Source of the DNA: Chloroflexota bacterium
GTDB taxonomy: Bacteria; Chloroflexota; Dehalococcoidia; UBA2247; RBG-13-53-26
NCBI GenBank assembly: GCA_016876035.1
Contig: VGOE01000002.1
Span: 1,231-65,230, forward strand
DNA: 64,000 nt
Direction of reading: 5' to 3'
The notes under the pieces are model-generated. The model ran no database searches, was not told the origin of the DNA, and saw only the letters and a program-made list of their open reading frames with translations. The position numbers and the translations under genes are program-made. This document shows, in pieces, positions 8,486 through 17,101 of this stretch. Within the stretch, counting starts at the first letter, position 1. The number at the start of each line of letters is the position of its first letter.

Positions 8486-10246
8486 ATGTCATTCTTAAGC
8501 GCGTTACAGGGTGAGGAACTCACTATCTTAGAACAGTACCTCAGCCCTGTGCACTTCCCGCGCAACAGTTGCATTATGCGCGAAGGTGATCCAGGCGATG
8601 GGTGCTACATTATTGATGCCGGAACAATCCGTCTTGAGCTACAGAACGTGGAAACGGATACGGATAGTGTCCTGGGCTATTTGGAGGCAGGATCGTTTCT
8701 AGGGGAGTTCAGTTTGCTTGATGGCAGACCGCGATCTGCGACTGCTTACGCACACACAGACGTCAAAGGGCGCTGGTTCTCCAAGCAGAGTTTTGAAGAA
8801 ATGTGCCAGCAACATTCTAGAGTTGGCTTGATGATATCAATGGCTTTGGGTCAAGACCTTGCCACAAAACTGCGTGACTTTAACAAAAGACTTGCTGGTT
8901 ACATATTCGCCGATCAGATTGACGAGGATACAAACCGGATGGTTGCCCGCGCTGTAAAGGCCCAACAACATTTTGAAGAGTGGCCAGAAGACCGTGTCGA
9001 CGCCTTGCTACAGGATGTATCGCAATCCATAGCGGCACACGCTCAAGAGTTGGCCGAAGCAAATGTGGCCGAAACAGGCATAGGCAATGTTGAAGATAAG
9101 ATAACTAAGATCCGGTTTGCCAGCCTTGAGGTGTACAGAACGATAGCCGGCCGTTCGGCTGCGGGGCTACTCAGGACAGACGCACAAACCCGTGTTACGG
9201 AGATCGCCAGCCCGGTTGGGGTTGTACTCGGTCTAATTCCTGTGACAAATCCCGTGTCTACCGTTGTTTTCAAGGTTCTCGTCACTCTCAAAGGACGAAA
9301 TGCCGTCATTCTCAGTTGTCATCGCGATGCTTTGAAAGTCGGCGGCCAGGCGTGCGATATCATCCGGGATGTACTGGAGCGGCACGGAGCGCCAAAGGAT
9401 CTGGTGCAAACGGTGTGGCGACGAGCTAGCAGGCAGAAAACGATGATGTTTATGCATCACCCCGACGTTAAGCTCATTTTGGCGACTGGTGGCACGAGTA
9501 TGGTGAAAGCTGCCTATAGCTCTGGCACCCCCGCTATCGGGGTCGGCCCGGGTAATGCTCCCGTCCTGATTTGCGCCGATGCCGATTTAGCCAAGGCCGC
9601 ATCAGCAATCATTCAGAGCAAGTCCTTTGACAACGGCGTTATCTGCGGATCCGAAAACAACCTGGTTGTTGTTGCTTCGGTTCGTGATAGTTTCGTCGAA
9701 TCGCTGGAGGCGCATGGTGCAATCATACTGCGACCAGATGAGAAGAATCGCTTTGCTGCACAAGCCTTCGATCATGAGTCTTCAACTCTGAAGAAATCCA
9801 TCGTCGGCAAGTCTGCCCAGTTCATTGCTGACTTGACTGGTGTCCGCCGAGGCAAAGATGTCCGGCTAATTGTCATTCCTATAAGGCAAGATGAACTTCG
9901 AGGTCCCTTTGGACATGAAAAGCTGGCCCCTGTTCTCTCTCTGGGCACAGTGAAAGACGAGGAAGAAGGTCTTCAGGTCTGCAGGCAGATTCTGCTCAAC
10001 CAGGGGCAAGGGCATACAGCCATTATCTATACCGAGAATCAAGAACTGATGCAACGGTTTGGTCGCGAGATCCCGGCCAGCCGAGTTTTGGTCAATGCAC
10101 AAGGTGCTCAGGGTTGTGTCGGCCTCGGCACCGGCCTGACCCCGTCCTTTACACTAGGTTGCGGGACATTCGGGGGCAATTCCACGACCGACAATGTGAC
10201 CTATACGCACCTGATCAATGTTAAGAGGCTAGCCCTTAACCTGTAG
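8486..10246 (+). CDS. Fusion of an N-terminal cNMP-binding domain to an AdhE/EutE-type CoA-acylating aldehyde dehydrogenase domain
   Basis: The N-terminal 140 aa carry the cNMP-binding cassette (FLGEFSLLDGRPRSATAYA). The remainder resembles the ALDH half of AdhE, including FDNGVICGSENN with the catalytic Cys, and GVGPGNAP. A strong AGGAGGA Shine-Dalgarno sequence precedes the start. Confidence 0.8.
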   Translation: MSFLSALQGEELTILEQYLSPVHFPRNSCIMREGDPGDGCYIIDAGTIRLELQNVETDTDSVLGYLEAGSFLGEFSLLDGRPRSATAYAHTDVKGRWFSKQSFEEMCQQHSRVGLMISMALGQDLATKLRDFNKRLAGYIFADQIDEDTNRMVARAVKAQQHFEEWPEDRVDALLQDVSQSIAAHAQELAEANVAETGIGNVEDKITKIRFASLEVYRTIAGRSAAGLLRTDAQTRVTEIASPVGVVLGLIPVTNPVSTVVFKVLVTLKGRNAVILSCHRDALKVGGQACDIIRDVLERHGAPKDLVQTVWRRASRQKTMMFMHHPDVKLILATGGTSMVKAAYSSGTPAIGVGPGNAPVLICADADLAKAASAIIQSKSFDNGVICGSENNLVVVASVRDSFVESLEAHGAIILRPDEKNRFAAQAFDHESSTLKKSIVGKSAQFIADLTGVRRGKDVRLIVIPIRQDELRGPFGHEKLAPVLSLGTVKDEEEGLQVCRQILLNQGQGHTAIIYTENQELMQRFGREIPASRVLVNAQGAQGCVGLGTGLTPSFTLGCGTFGGNSTTDNVTYTHLINVKRLALNL

Positions 10247-10363
10247 AAGAAGGCCTTTTTCGGCTAGACCAATTCCTGAAGGCATGGGAGGAATATCTAG
10301 GGTAATGGACCATCCACCACGAATGTTCGCACACTTGGCTCATTCATTTGTGCTGATCACGAA

Positions 10364-10795
10364 CTAAAGCGCGTAGATCTCTTTGCCAAAAGTGCGAACC
10401 CAGTTCCTCTCCAGAACCTTCAGCGCTTCTTCGATCCTATCGACGCCAAGAATGACAATGGCTTGCCCGCTTTCTCCTCTGCCTAGGTAGGGGTAAAGGT
10501 GCAGTACATTGATGTTAGCTGCTTTTAGAGGCTTGAGCACCGCCTGAAGGCCGCCAGGATGGTCTGGGACCTCTACGGCAATGACATCAGTCTCCTTAAC
10601 GTAATATCCCTGGCTCTGCAGGACATTGACAGTCTTGGTGGGGTCATCAGTGACAAACCTCACAGTGCTAATGTCAGTGGTGTCGGCCACTGAGATTGCC
10701 CTGATGTTTATCCCTTCAAGGCCTAACCGCTCACTCACCTCCAGAAGCTTCCCTGGCACATTTTCCAGGGTAACCGAAATCTGTTTTACAAACAT
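10364..10795 (-). CDS. Tandem ACT-domain protein, last gene of the four-subunit OFOR operon
   Basis: It contains two ACT-like beta-alpha-beta-beta-alpha-beta units (VTLENVPGKLLEVSERLGLEGINI, VEVPDHPGGLQAVLKPLKAANINV). Confidence 0.7.
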   Translation of the reverse strand: MFVKQISVTLENVPGKLLEVSERLGLEGINIRAISVADTTDISTVRFVTDDPTKTVNVLQSQGYYVKETDVIAVEVPDHPGGLQAVLKPLKAANINVLHLYPYLGRGESGQAIVILGVDRIEEALKVLERNWVRTFGKEIYAL

Positions 10796-10825
10796 GCCAT
10801 ACCCCCCAATTTGTCCGTATATGAA

Positions 10826-11356
10826 CTAAAGGAGATCGCATCCTGCCATCAGGGCTTTACTGTCGATGGTGATCAGTTTCGTCTTATCCTTCAAGGTGCT
10901 CTTCAGTCCTTCAACTAAGGCACCAATGGAGACCAAGTTGCTCTTCTTGATGAATGCCCCCATCATCACCATGTTGGCCGATCTGGGACTGCCCAACTCC
11001 TCGGCGATACGACTGGCCGGAATCCCCAAAAGCTCGATATCTCCCCGGGAAACCTCCGCTTTGATCAGAGACGAGTTGAAGAACAAAGCACCGCCTGACT
11101 GGACCTTATTTTGGAATCTGATCAAGGAGGGTTGATTCATGGCAACAACGAGATCCGGAGCCGAAGCCACTGGTGAGGCAATCTCTTCATCTGATATGGC
11201 CACCGTGCAGTTGGCGGTACCCCCTCGGACCTCAACACCATAGGAGGGTAAATAGGTGACGTATTTCCCTTCAACCATGGCTGCCTGAGCCAGAACAAGG
11301 CCCATGGAGAGGACTCCCTGACCTCCAAAGCCAGCGAAGATCGTCTTAATCAGCAT
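10826..11356 (-). CDS. 2-oxoacid:ferredoxin oxidoreductase, gamma subunit
   Basis: The GFGGQGV motif is typical of POR/VOR gamma subunits. Confidence 0.8.
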   Translation of the reverse strand: MLIKTIFAGFGGQGVLSMGLVLAQAAMVEGKYVTYLPSYGVEVRGGTANCTVAISDEEIASPVASAPDLVVAMNQPSLIRFQNKVQSGGALFFNSSLIKAEVSRGDIELLGIPASRIAEELGSPRSANMVMMGAFIKKSNLVSIGALVEGLKSTLKDKTKLITIDSKALMAGCDLL

Positions 11357-12101
11357 CCTTTTGTCCAGTGAGATCCTTCATGACTCCCATCGGAAACTCT
11401 TTGATCATCTCTTTGCCAATCCATTGCCAAGACTCTAACGGGTCCCTCTTCCAATTGATGGGACACGGAGAGAGTATCTCCACCAGTGAGAAACCCAGAT
11501 CATCGAGCTGCACCTGAAAAGCCTTGCGGATGGCTCTTTTCGTCCTTCTGATGTTGGCCGGAGAATCCACCGCTGTTCGCTCAACATAGACCACGCCTCT
11601 GAGCATTGCCAGCATCTCGCTCACTCTGATGGGATATCCTTCCAGCCTGGCATCCCGTCCCAGAGGAGTGGTGGTGGTCTGTTGGGCCAGCAGGGTAGTC
11701 GGAGCCATCTGCCCACCAGTCATTCCATAAACGGCATTATTGACGAAAATGGCTGTTATCCTTTCCCCTCTGTTGGCAGCGTGGATGGTCTCTGCAGTGC
11801 CGATGGCTGCCAGATCACCGTCCCCTTGGTAGGTAAACACTATTGTTTCAGGAGAAGCCCTTTTTAGGCCGGTAGCTACTGCCAGCCCTCTGCCATGGGC
11901 CGATTCTGCCATATCAAGATCAAGATAGTTGTAGGCGAAGACGGAGCAGCCAGCCGAGTTGACCCCGACAATCCTGTCTTGAAGGTTCATCTCTTCGATA
12001 ACTTCAGCCACCAGTCGATGGATAATCGAATGCCCGCAGCCCGCACAGTAATGAAAAGGAGTTCTCTTCAGCAATTTGGGTCGGCTATATACCTTTTCCA
12101 T
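11346..12101 (-). CDS. 2-oxoacid:ferredoxin oxidoreductase, beta (TPP-binding) subunit
   Basis: It has a CAGCGH iron-sulfur motif and a GDGD TPP/Mg motif. Confidence 0.85.
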   Translation of the reverse strand: MEKVYSRPKLLKRTPFHYCAGCGHSIIHRLVAEVIEEMNLQDRIVGVNSAGCSVFAYNYLDLDMAESAHGRGLAVATGLKRASPETIVFTYQGDGDLAAIGTAETIHAANRGERITAIFVNNAVYGMTGGQMAPTTLLAQQTTTTPLGRDARLEGYPIRVSEMLAMLRGVVYVERTAVDSPANIRRTKRAIRKAFQVQLDDLGFSLVEILSPCPINWKRDPLESWQWIGKEMIKEFPMGVMKDLTGQKDAD

Positions 12102-12108
12102 CTCTCTG

Positions 12109-13176
12109 TTACTTGAGACCTTTCTGATAGTAATGGCGTGAGATTACCCGTAGAACCTCGCTGGGAGTGGGGATTACTCCTCCTGGCCTCCCGTAAAAGA
12201 AGACCTCCCCTTTGCCGTTCAAGGCCAGTTGCACATCCTCCAGCATCTGGCCCATGTTCAACTCGAAGTCCAGGAAGTACTTCGTCCTATTGGCGAGTTC
12301 CTCCACCTTGTTGGAAGGGAACGGCCATAGTGTGATGGGTCGAAACAGGCCAACCTTCAGGCCACTGGCACGCGCATTCTTAACCGCGCCGCGCGCAATG
12401 CGGGCCGCTATGCCAAAAGCCACCACAATCAGCTCAGCATCCTCAACCAGGAACGTTTCACAGGCAGTCTCTTCTTCCCTGATTAGCTGATATCTCCTGT
12501 ACAAGCTCCAGTTGATTTCCTCCATCTCGCTCGGGTTTGACGTACAGGTCTTGACAATCCGTCTCGGACGTCCCTTTGCTCCTCTTAAGGCACTGCTCCT
12601 TACTGGCAACCTTTCAGGAGGTTCGTGTTTGAATTCTACTGGCTCCATCATCTGCCCCAGCACCCCATCCGCCAGGATGATCACCGGAATCCTATACGTG
12701 TCGGCCAGGTCGAAAGCCCGATGAGTCATGTCTGCCAGTTCCTGTACCGATGAAGGCGCCAGAACTATGGTTCGATAGTCCCCGTGCCCCCCACCCTTGG
12801 TGGCCTGGAAATAATCTGACTGTGCAGCAGATATAGTTCCCAAGCCCGGCCCGCCCCGGGATATGTCGACAATAACAGACGGAAGCTCACAGCTTGCCAA
12901 ATAAGAGATTCCTTCCTGTTTGAGGCTCATTCCCGGACTAGACGAAGATGTCATTACTCTGACCCCGGCCAGGCTGGCTCCGAATACCATGTTTACGGCA
13001 GCAATCTCACTTTCCGCCTGAATGAAAGTACAGCCTTTCCTCTTGCTCAGGTGAGTAGCCATGTACTCGGTCAGTTCGTTCTGAGGGGTGATGGGGTAAC
13101 CAAAATAGCACTGACAGCCAGCCCTGATGGCGGCTTCTCCAACCACGCTGTTGCCATCCATGAGAACCTTAGCCAC
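12109..13176 (-). CDS. 2-oxoacid:ferredoxin oxidoreductase, alpha subunit
   Basis: The 355-aa alpha-subunit-like protein overlaps the delta gene by 8 nt. Confidence 0.85.
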   Translation of the reverse strand: MAKVLMDGNSVVGEAAIRAGCQCYFGYPITPQNELTEYMATHLSKRKGCTFIQAESEIAAVNMVFGASLAGVRVMTSSSSPGMSLKQEGISYLASCELPSVIVDISRGGPGLGTISAAQSDYFQATKGGGHGDYRTIVLAPSSVQELADMTHRAFDLADTYRIPVIILADGVLGQMMEPVEFKHEPPERLPVRSSALRGAKGRPRRIVKTCTSNPSEMEEINWSLYRRYQLIREEETACETFLVEDAELIVVAFGIAARIARGAVKNARASGLKVGLFRPITLWPFPSNKVEELANRTKYFLDFELNMGQMLEDVQLALNGKGEVFFYGRPGGVIPTPSEVLRVISRHYYQKGLK

Positions 13177-13378
13177 GGTAAACCTCTATTACGACCTCTG
13201 GGCAGACTAAGGCACAGATAGCACAGCCTGTGCACTCGCCGCTATCGCTGAAGGACGCGGGTGTATAGCCGCTGGCATTGAGTTTGTCGGACAGAACGAT
13301 CACGCTCTTCGGGCAGAAGGCTATGCAGGTCTGGCATCCCTTGCATAGCTCTTGGTCAATCTCAATATATCCCTTCAC
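13169..13378 (-). CDS. 2-oxoacid:ferredoxin oxidoreductase, delta subunit (2x[4Fe-4S] ferredoxin)
   Basis: It has two CxxCxxCxxxCP motifs in 69 aa. Confidence 0.8.
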   Translation of the reverse strand: MKGYIEIDQELCKGCQTCIAFCPKSVIVLSDKLNASGYTPASFSDSGECTGCAICALVCPEVVIEVYRG

Positions 13379-13538
13379 ACCTATCTCTGTCCTTTAACCT
13401 TCAACGTGAACGATCTATAACTCCGTATTATCCTATTCCGGATTACGTCAGACGTCAAACGGCTAGCTTCTTGTGAGTTTGATCTGGTGTGTTTCATCTT
13501 TTGCGGAAGGAACTTCCTCGTCCATCAGGTCTGGAAGC

Positions 13539-14510
13539 TTATCTCTTGTTCCTGAAGTAATCTATGTATCCTGAAGGATTCGTAAGGATTGAGTCCGGGA
13601 GTCTGGCTTTCGGTGAGCAGCTTTCGACATATTTGGAGATACGTTCCATTATTCCGAGGTCATCCTCGCCTGCCTGAACAGCCTCCTGGACAATCTTGGC
13701 AAAAGCGATACTGTTCTCCTTTACTTGACGAATAAGCTGGTTGTCCACATTGTCCCTGACTCCTTGGTGGGAATAGAAGAGAAGCCTGGGAGAAAGCTTC
13801 TCCAGCCTCCTTATCGTGTCCAGGTATGCGTCGGGATCAAACGGAGGGATTCCCGCCGGCAATACGACATCGGGCGCGCTGTCCAAGGGAAACCCCAGTG
13901 CCTCACCACAGAATAAGCCACCAGTTAGACTATCCAGTATGGAGATATGATGTGAAGCATGTCCTGGCGAGAATAGTATTCTCAGCGCCCTTTTCCCTAG
14001 CCGAATTTCTTCACCATCGCGGGCGATGTGAATCTGGCCTTGCGGGATAGGCAGAATAGGACCAAAACCCTCTTCGAAGTTGTCGCCAAAGGCCAGGCGG
14101 GTGCCCTGGATAAGTCTTGAGGGGTCTATCATGTGCGTTGCACCCTTGGGATTGAGAACCACCTTTGTCTGAGGGAGTCTCTGGGCTAGATAGCCTGCCC
14201 CACCTCCATGATCCACGTGTATATGGGTGGGAATTATGTATGAGACTTCGTCAAGATGCAGGCCGAGCCTCTCTGAATCGTCAAGCAGCCTTGAAGCGGC
14301 AACTGCCGCACCTGGCTCAATCAGTACCGAGGTGTGGTCAACCACCAGGTAGGCCACCTGAGGCATCATGAAGAAGGGGACTTTTCCGCAGTCAAGCAGG
14401 TATGTAGCCGGAGCTACCTCTTTGATCTCAACTGTCATTCTTGAGACTTGTGGACCACCCTCTACAGCTAATGATAGCACAAGTTCCAGGCAATTCATAA
14501 TCTTAGACAT
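13539..14510 (-). CDS. MBL-fold metallo-hydrolase (second copy in the window)
   Basis: It has the HIHVDHGGG motif. The start is uncertain between Met1 and Met25. Confidence 0.7.
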   Translation of the reverse strand: MSKIMNCLELVLSLAVEGGPQVSRMTVEIKEVAPATYLLDCGKVPFFMMPQVAYLVVDHTSVLIEPGAAVAASRLLDDSERLGLHLDEVSYIIPTHIHVDHGGGAGYLAQRLPQTKVVLNPKGATHMIDPSRLIQGTRLAFGDNFEEGFGPILPIPQGQIHIARDGEEIRLGKRALRILFSPGHASHHISILDSLTGGLFCGEALGFPLDSAPDVVLPAGIPPFDPDAYLDTIRRLEKLSPRLLFYSHQGVRDNVDNQLIRQVKENSIAFAKIVQEAVQAGEDDLGIMERISKYVESCSPKARLPDSILTNPSGYIDYFRNKR

Positions 14511-14711
14511 GAGGGGTGGCGCCGTGTCTACTCTCGACTCATATCGTCTCTCAGGGTGGGCCTAAGCTTGGCTCAATGCTAAAGCAGAAGGTTGCTGTGC
14601 GCCTCACAACTGGCTATTGTAATACCTCCGACTTCTAGCTATAATATTTCCCGTATTTGGCAGCCAGGCAGAGGATTTGCTATTGTCATGTATCTACAAT
14701 GGTGGTGAGAA

Positions 14712-16178
14712 ATGGCAATGCGAATTGTGCAGCAGACGAAGAGGGAAGTGGCGGAGCGGGTGCTTGGTCAGGCTTTAGGCCTTTTGGGCAACAGCCCAGA
14801 TAAAGGGGCTCAGTATGTTATCACAGCGATTGAGCACATTGCCAAGAGTGAAAAACAGGGCGTGATCCGTGACTTTGCCTACAACTGGCTAGGCGAAGGA
14901 AAACCAGGGCGTGAGTTCCTTGGCAGGATACTGGCTAACGTCCATCCCAATGTACGCCGGCGCTACATAGCCCGCATGGTGGTAAGCATGTTGTTCCGCG
15001 ACTCGCAGATCAGTGAGCGCTGCACGCGGAAACATGGCATAACCCCACCCTATACCATGCTGATATCCCCGACGATGAGATGCAACTTCCGCTGCCACGG
15101 TTGCTATGCCGCTAGCTACAGGCGTGAGGATGATATGGAGCCGGAGGTGTTCGACCGTGTGATAGGCGAGGCGGAGGATATAGGCATAAACTTCTTCATC
15201 ATACTTGGCGGCGAGCCATTCCTCTACCCAGAACTGCTGCCTACCATCCGCAAGCATAACAGGTCCTTCTTTCAACTATACACTAATGGCTCCTTGATCG
15301 ATAGAGCGATGGCCAAGAAGCTGGTGCAATTGGGCAATGTGGGGCCGCAGTTGAGCGTGAATGGGCCGGCCGAATACACGGATGCCTCACGCGTCAAGGG
15401 AGCCTTCAATCAGGTGATGCAGGCTATGGATAACCTCCGCGAGGCTGGTTGTGTGTTTGGTTTCTCTTCACTGTTGACCCGTGAGAATTTGGACGCGGTG
15501 TGCTCTGAGGAATGGATGGACCTACTGATTGAGAAGGGCGCCCTTTATGGTTGGCTTTTCTTGTACATGCCGGTGGGCGATGATGTTGACATCAACCTGA
15601 TGCCAACGCCGGAGCAGCGCAACAAGTTGCGGATTGCCATGCGTCACTTCCGACAGACGAAGCCCATACTGCCGATTGACTTCTGGAACGATGGGACGCT
15701 TACCGGTGGCTGCATTGCTGGTGGCAGGCTGTACTTTCACATAAACCATCATGGCGACGTGGAACCCTGTATCTTCTGCCACTTTGCCACCCATAACATC
15801 AACAACTGCAGTTTAGCCGAGGCACTAGCCTCGCCGTTCTTCATGGGCATAAAAGAGAACCAGCCCTTCAGTTACAATACGCTCCGCCCCTGCCCCATGA
15901 TAGACCACCCCGACACCATGTGGAGCATAATTCAGCAGCATGGGGCCAAAGCGACTCATCCAGGTGCTGAAAAGATGTTTACCAGTCTAGCACCGGAGAT
16001 CAAGAGGTATGCTGCCCGGGTGGAGGAGATAATGGATGATGTTTGGGATAACGATGACTATCATGACTGGGCAGCCAAGTGGGAGGCCATGTGCGGCATA
16101 CCACCGGAGAGGCTGAAAGCACGCCGTCAGGCCTATGAGGAATCAAGGGCCAAGAAGCGGAACCTCATTTTGGTGTAG
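14712..16178 (+). CDS. Radical SAM protein with a Cys-rich C-terminal (SPASM-like) region and an N-terminal extension of about 120 aa
   Basis: The CNFRCHGCYA (CX3CX2C) cluster is present. A second Cys cluster is CIAGG...CIFCH...C...C. It is divergent from the MBL gene. Confidence 0.8.
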   Translation: MAMRIVQQTKREVAERVLGQALGLLGNSPDKGAQYVITAIEHIAKSEKQGVIRDFAYNWLGEGKPGREFLGRILANVHPNVRRRYIARMVVSMLFRDSQISERCTRKHGITPPYTMLISPTMRCNFRCHGCYAASYRREDDMEPEVFDRVIGEAEDIGINFFIILGGEPFLYPELLPTIRKHNRSFFQLYTNGSLIDRAMAKKLVQLGNVGPQLSVNGPAEYTDASRVKGAFNQVMQAMDNLREAGCVFGFSSLLTRENLDAVCSEEWMDLLIEKGALYGWLFLYMPVGDDVDINLMPTPEQRNKLRIAMRHFRQTKPILPIDFWNDGTLTGGCIAGGRLYFHINHHGDVEPCIFCHFATHNINNCSLAEALASPFFMGIKENQPFSYNTLRPCPMIDHPDTMWSIIQQHGAKATHPGAEKMFTSLAPEIKRYAARVEEIMDDVWDNDDYHDWAAKWEAMCGIPPERLKARRQAYEESRAKKRNLILV

Positions 16179-16234
16179 CGTCTAGCCAGGACTAGGCACC
16201 TTGCCCATAACCAAAGGCTTCTACCAGCCAGCGC

Positions 16235-17101
16235 TTACTTGAACTCGTTCATTAACTCGCGAAACTGCAAAGGATTGATTTCTTCCCTCACTAAAGGCGC
16301 TGCGGCAGAAACTCCGATGTATTCTTCAAAAAGAGGCCTTTCCTTTTGATAAATAACGCCTATAGGTATTCGGTCGCCCCATTCCAGTGCTTTATTGAAA
16401 GCGGCAGCCCTGTCGCCAGGATTGTAACCGACCTCAGCCTCTAATTTGTAGACCCTCTGCTTATACCACTGAAACGTGTTCTTGTTGTTAAAGGTAACGC
16501 AAGGCTGAAGGATTTCGATAAGCGCAAAGCCTCTGTGTTTGACTCCTATTTCTACCAACCTTGCTAGATGGTCAACCTCGCCAGCAAACCCGCGGGCTAC
16601 AAAGCTGCAATCACATGCCACTGCCAGCGCAAGGGGCCTGAGGCTGACCCAGGCTCCCTGGGGGTTCATTCTGGTGGTGTAGCCCAGGTCAGTAGTGGGA
16701 CATGCTTGACCTTTAGTTAGAGCATAAACCTGGTTGTTATGCACTAAATAGGTGATATCAACATTTCGGTTCATAGAGTGAATGAAGTGATTGCCGCCTT
16801 CACCGTAGGCGTCACCGTCACCGGAAATGGCGATAACTGTAAGCTCGGGATTGACTATCTTGGCGGCGGTGGCCGCAGGAATGGGCCTGCCGTGAAGTTC
16901 ATTCAATACATGGCATCTGGTATAGTGAGGGAATTTGCCAGCCTGGCCTATGCCTGACACCATCAGCACCCGGTGGGGCTCAATCTGGAGCGATACCAGC
17001 GCTTTTCTAACAGCACGCAAAATTCCGAAATTCCCGCAACCGGGGCACCAGGCGATTTCTGACGCCGCGGCGTAGTCTTCAGTAGTTACCTTGGTCACCA
17101 T
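16235..17101 (-). CDS. 2-oxoacid(2-oxoglutarate-type):ferredoxin oxidoreductase, beta subunit (two-subunit KorAB-like)
   Basis: It has the WCPGCGNFGIL and GDGDAYGEGG TPP motifs. Confidence 0.85.
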   Translation of the reverse strand: MVTKVTTEDYAAASEIAWCPGCGNFGILRAVRKALVSLQIEPHRVLMVSGIGQAGKFPHYTRCHVLNELHGRPIPAATAAKIVNPELTVIAISGDGDAYGEGGNHFIHSMNRNVDITYLVHNNQVYALTKGQACPTTDLGYTTRMNPQGAWVSLRPLALAVACDCSFVARGFAGEVDHLARLVEIGVKHRGFALIEILQPCVTFNNKNTFQWYKQRVYKLEAEVGYNPGDRAAAFNKALEWGDRIPIGVIYQKERPLFEEYIGVSAAAPLVREEINPLQFRELMNEFK

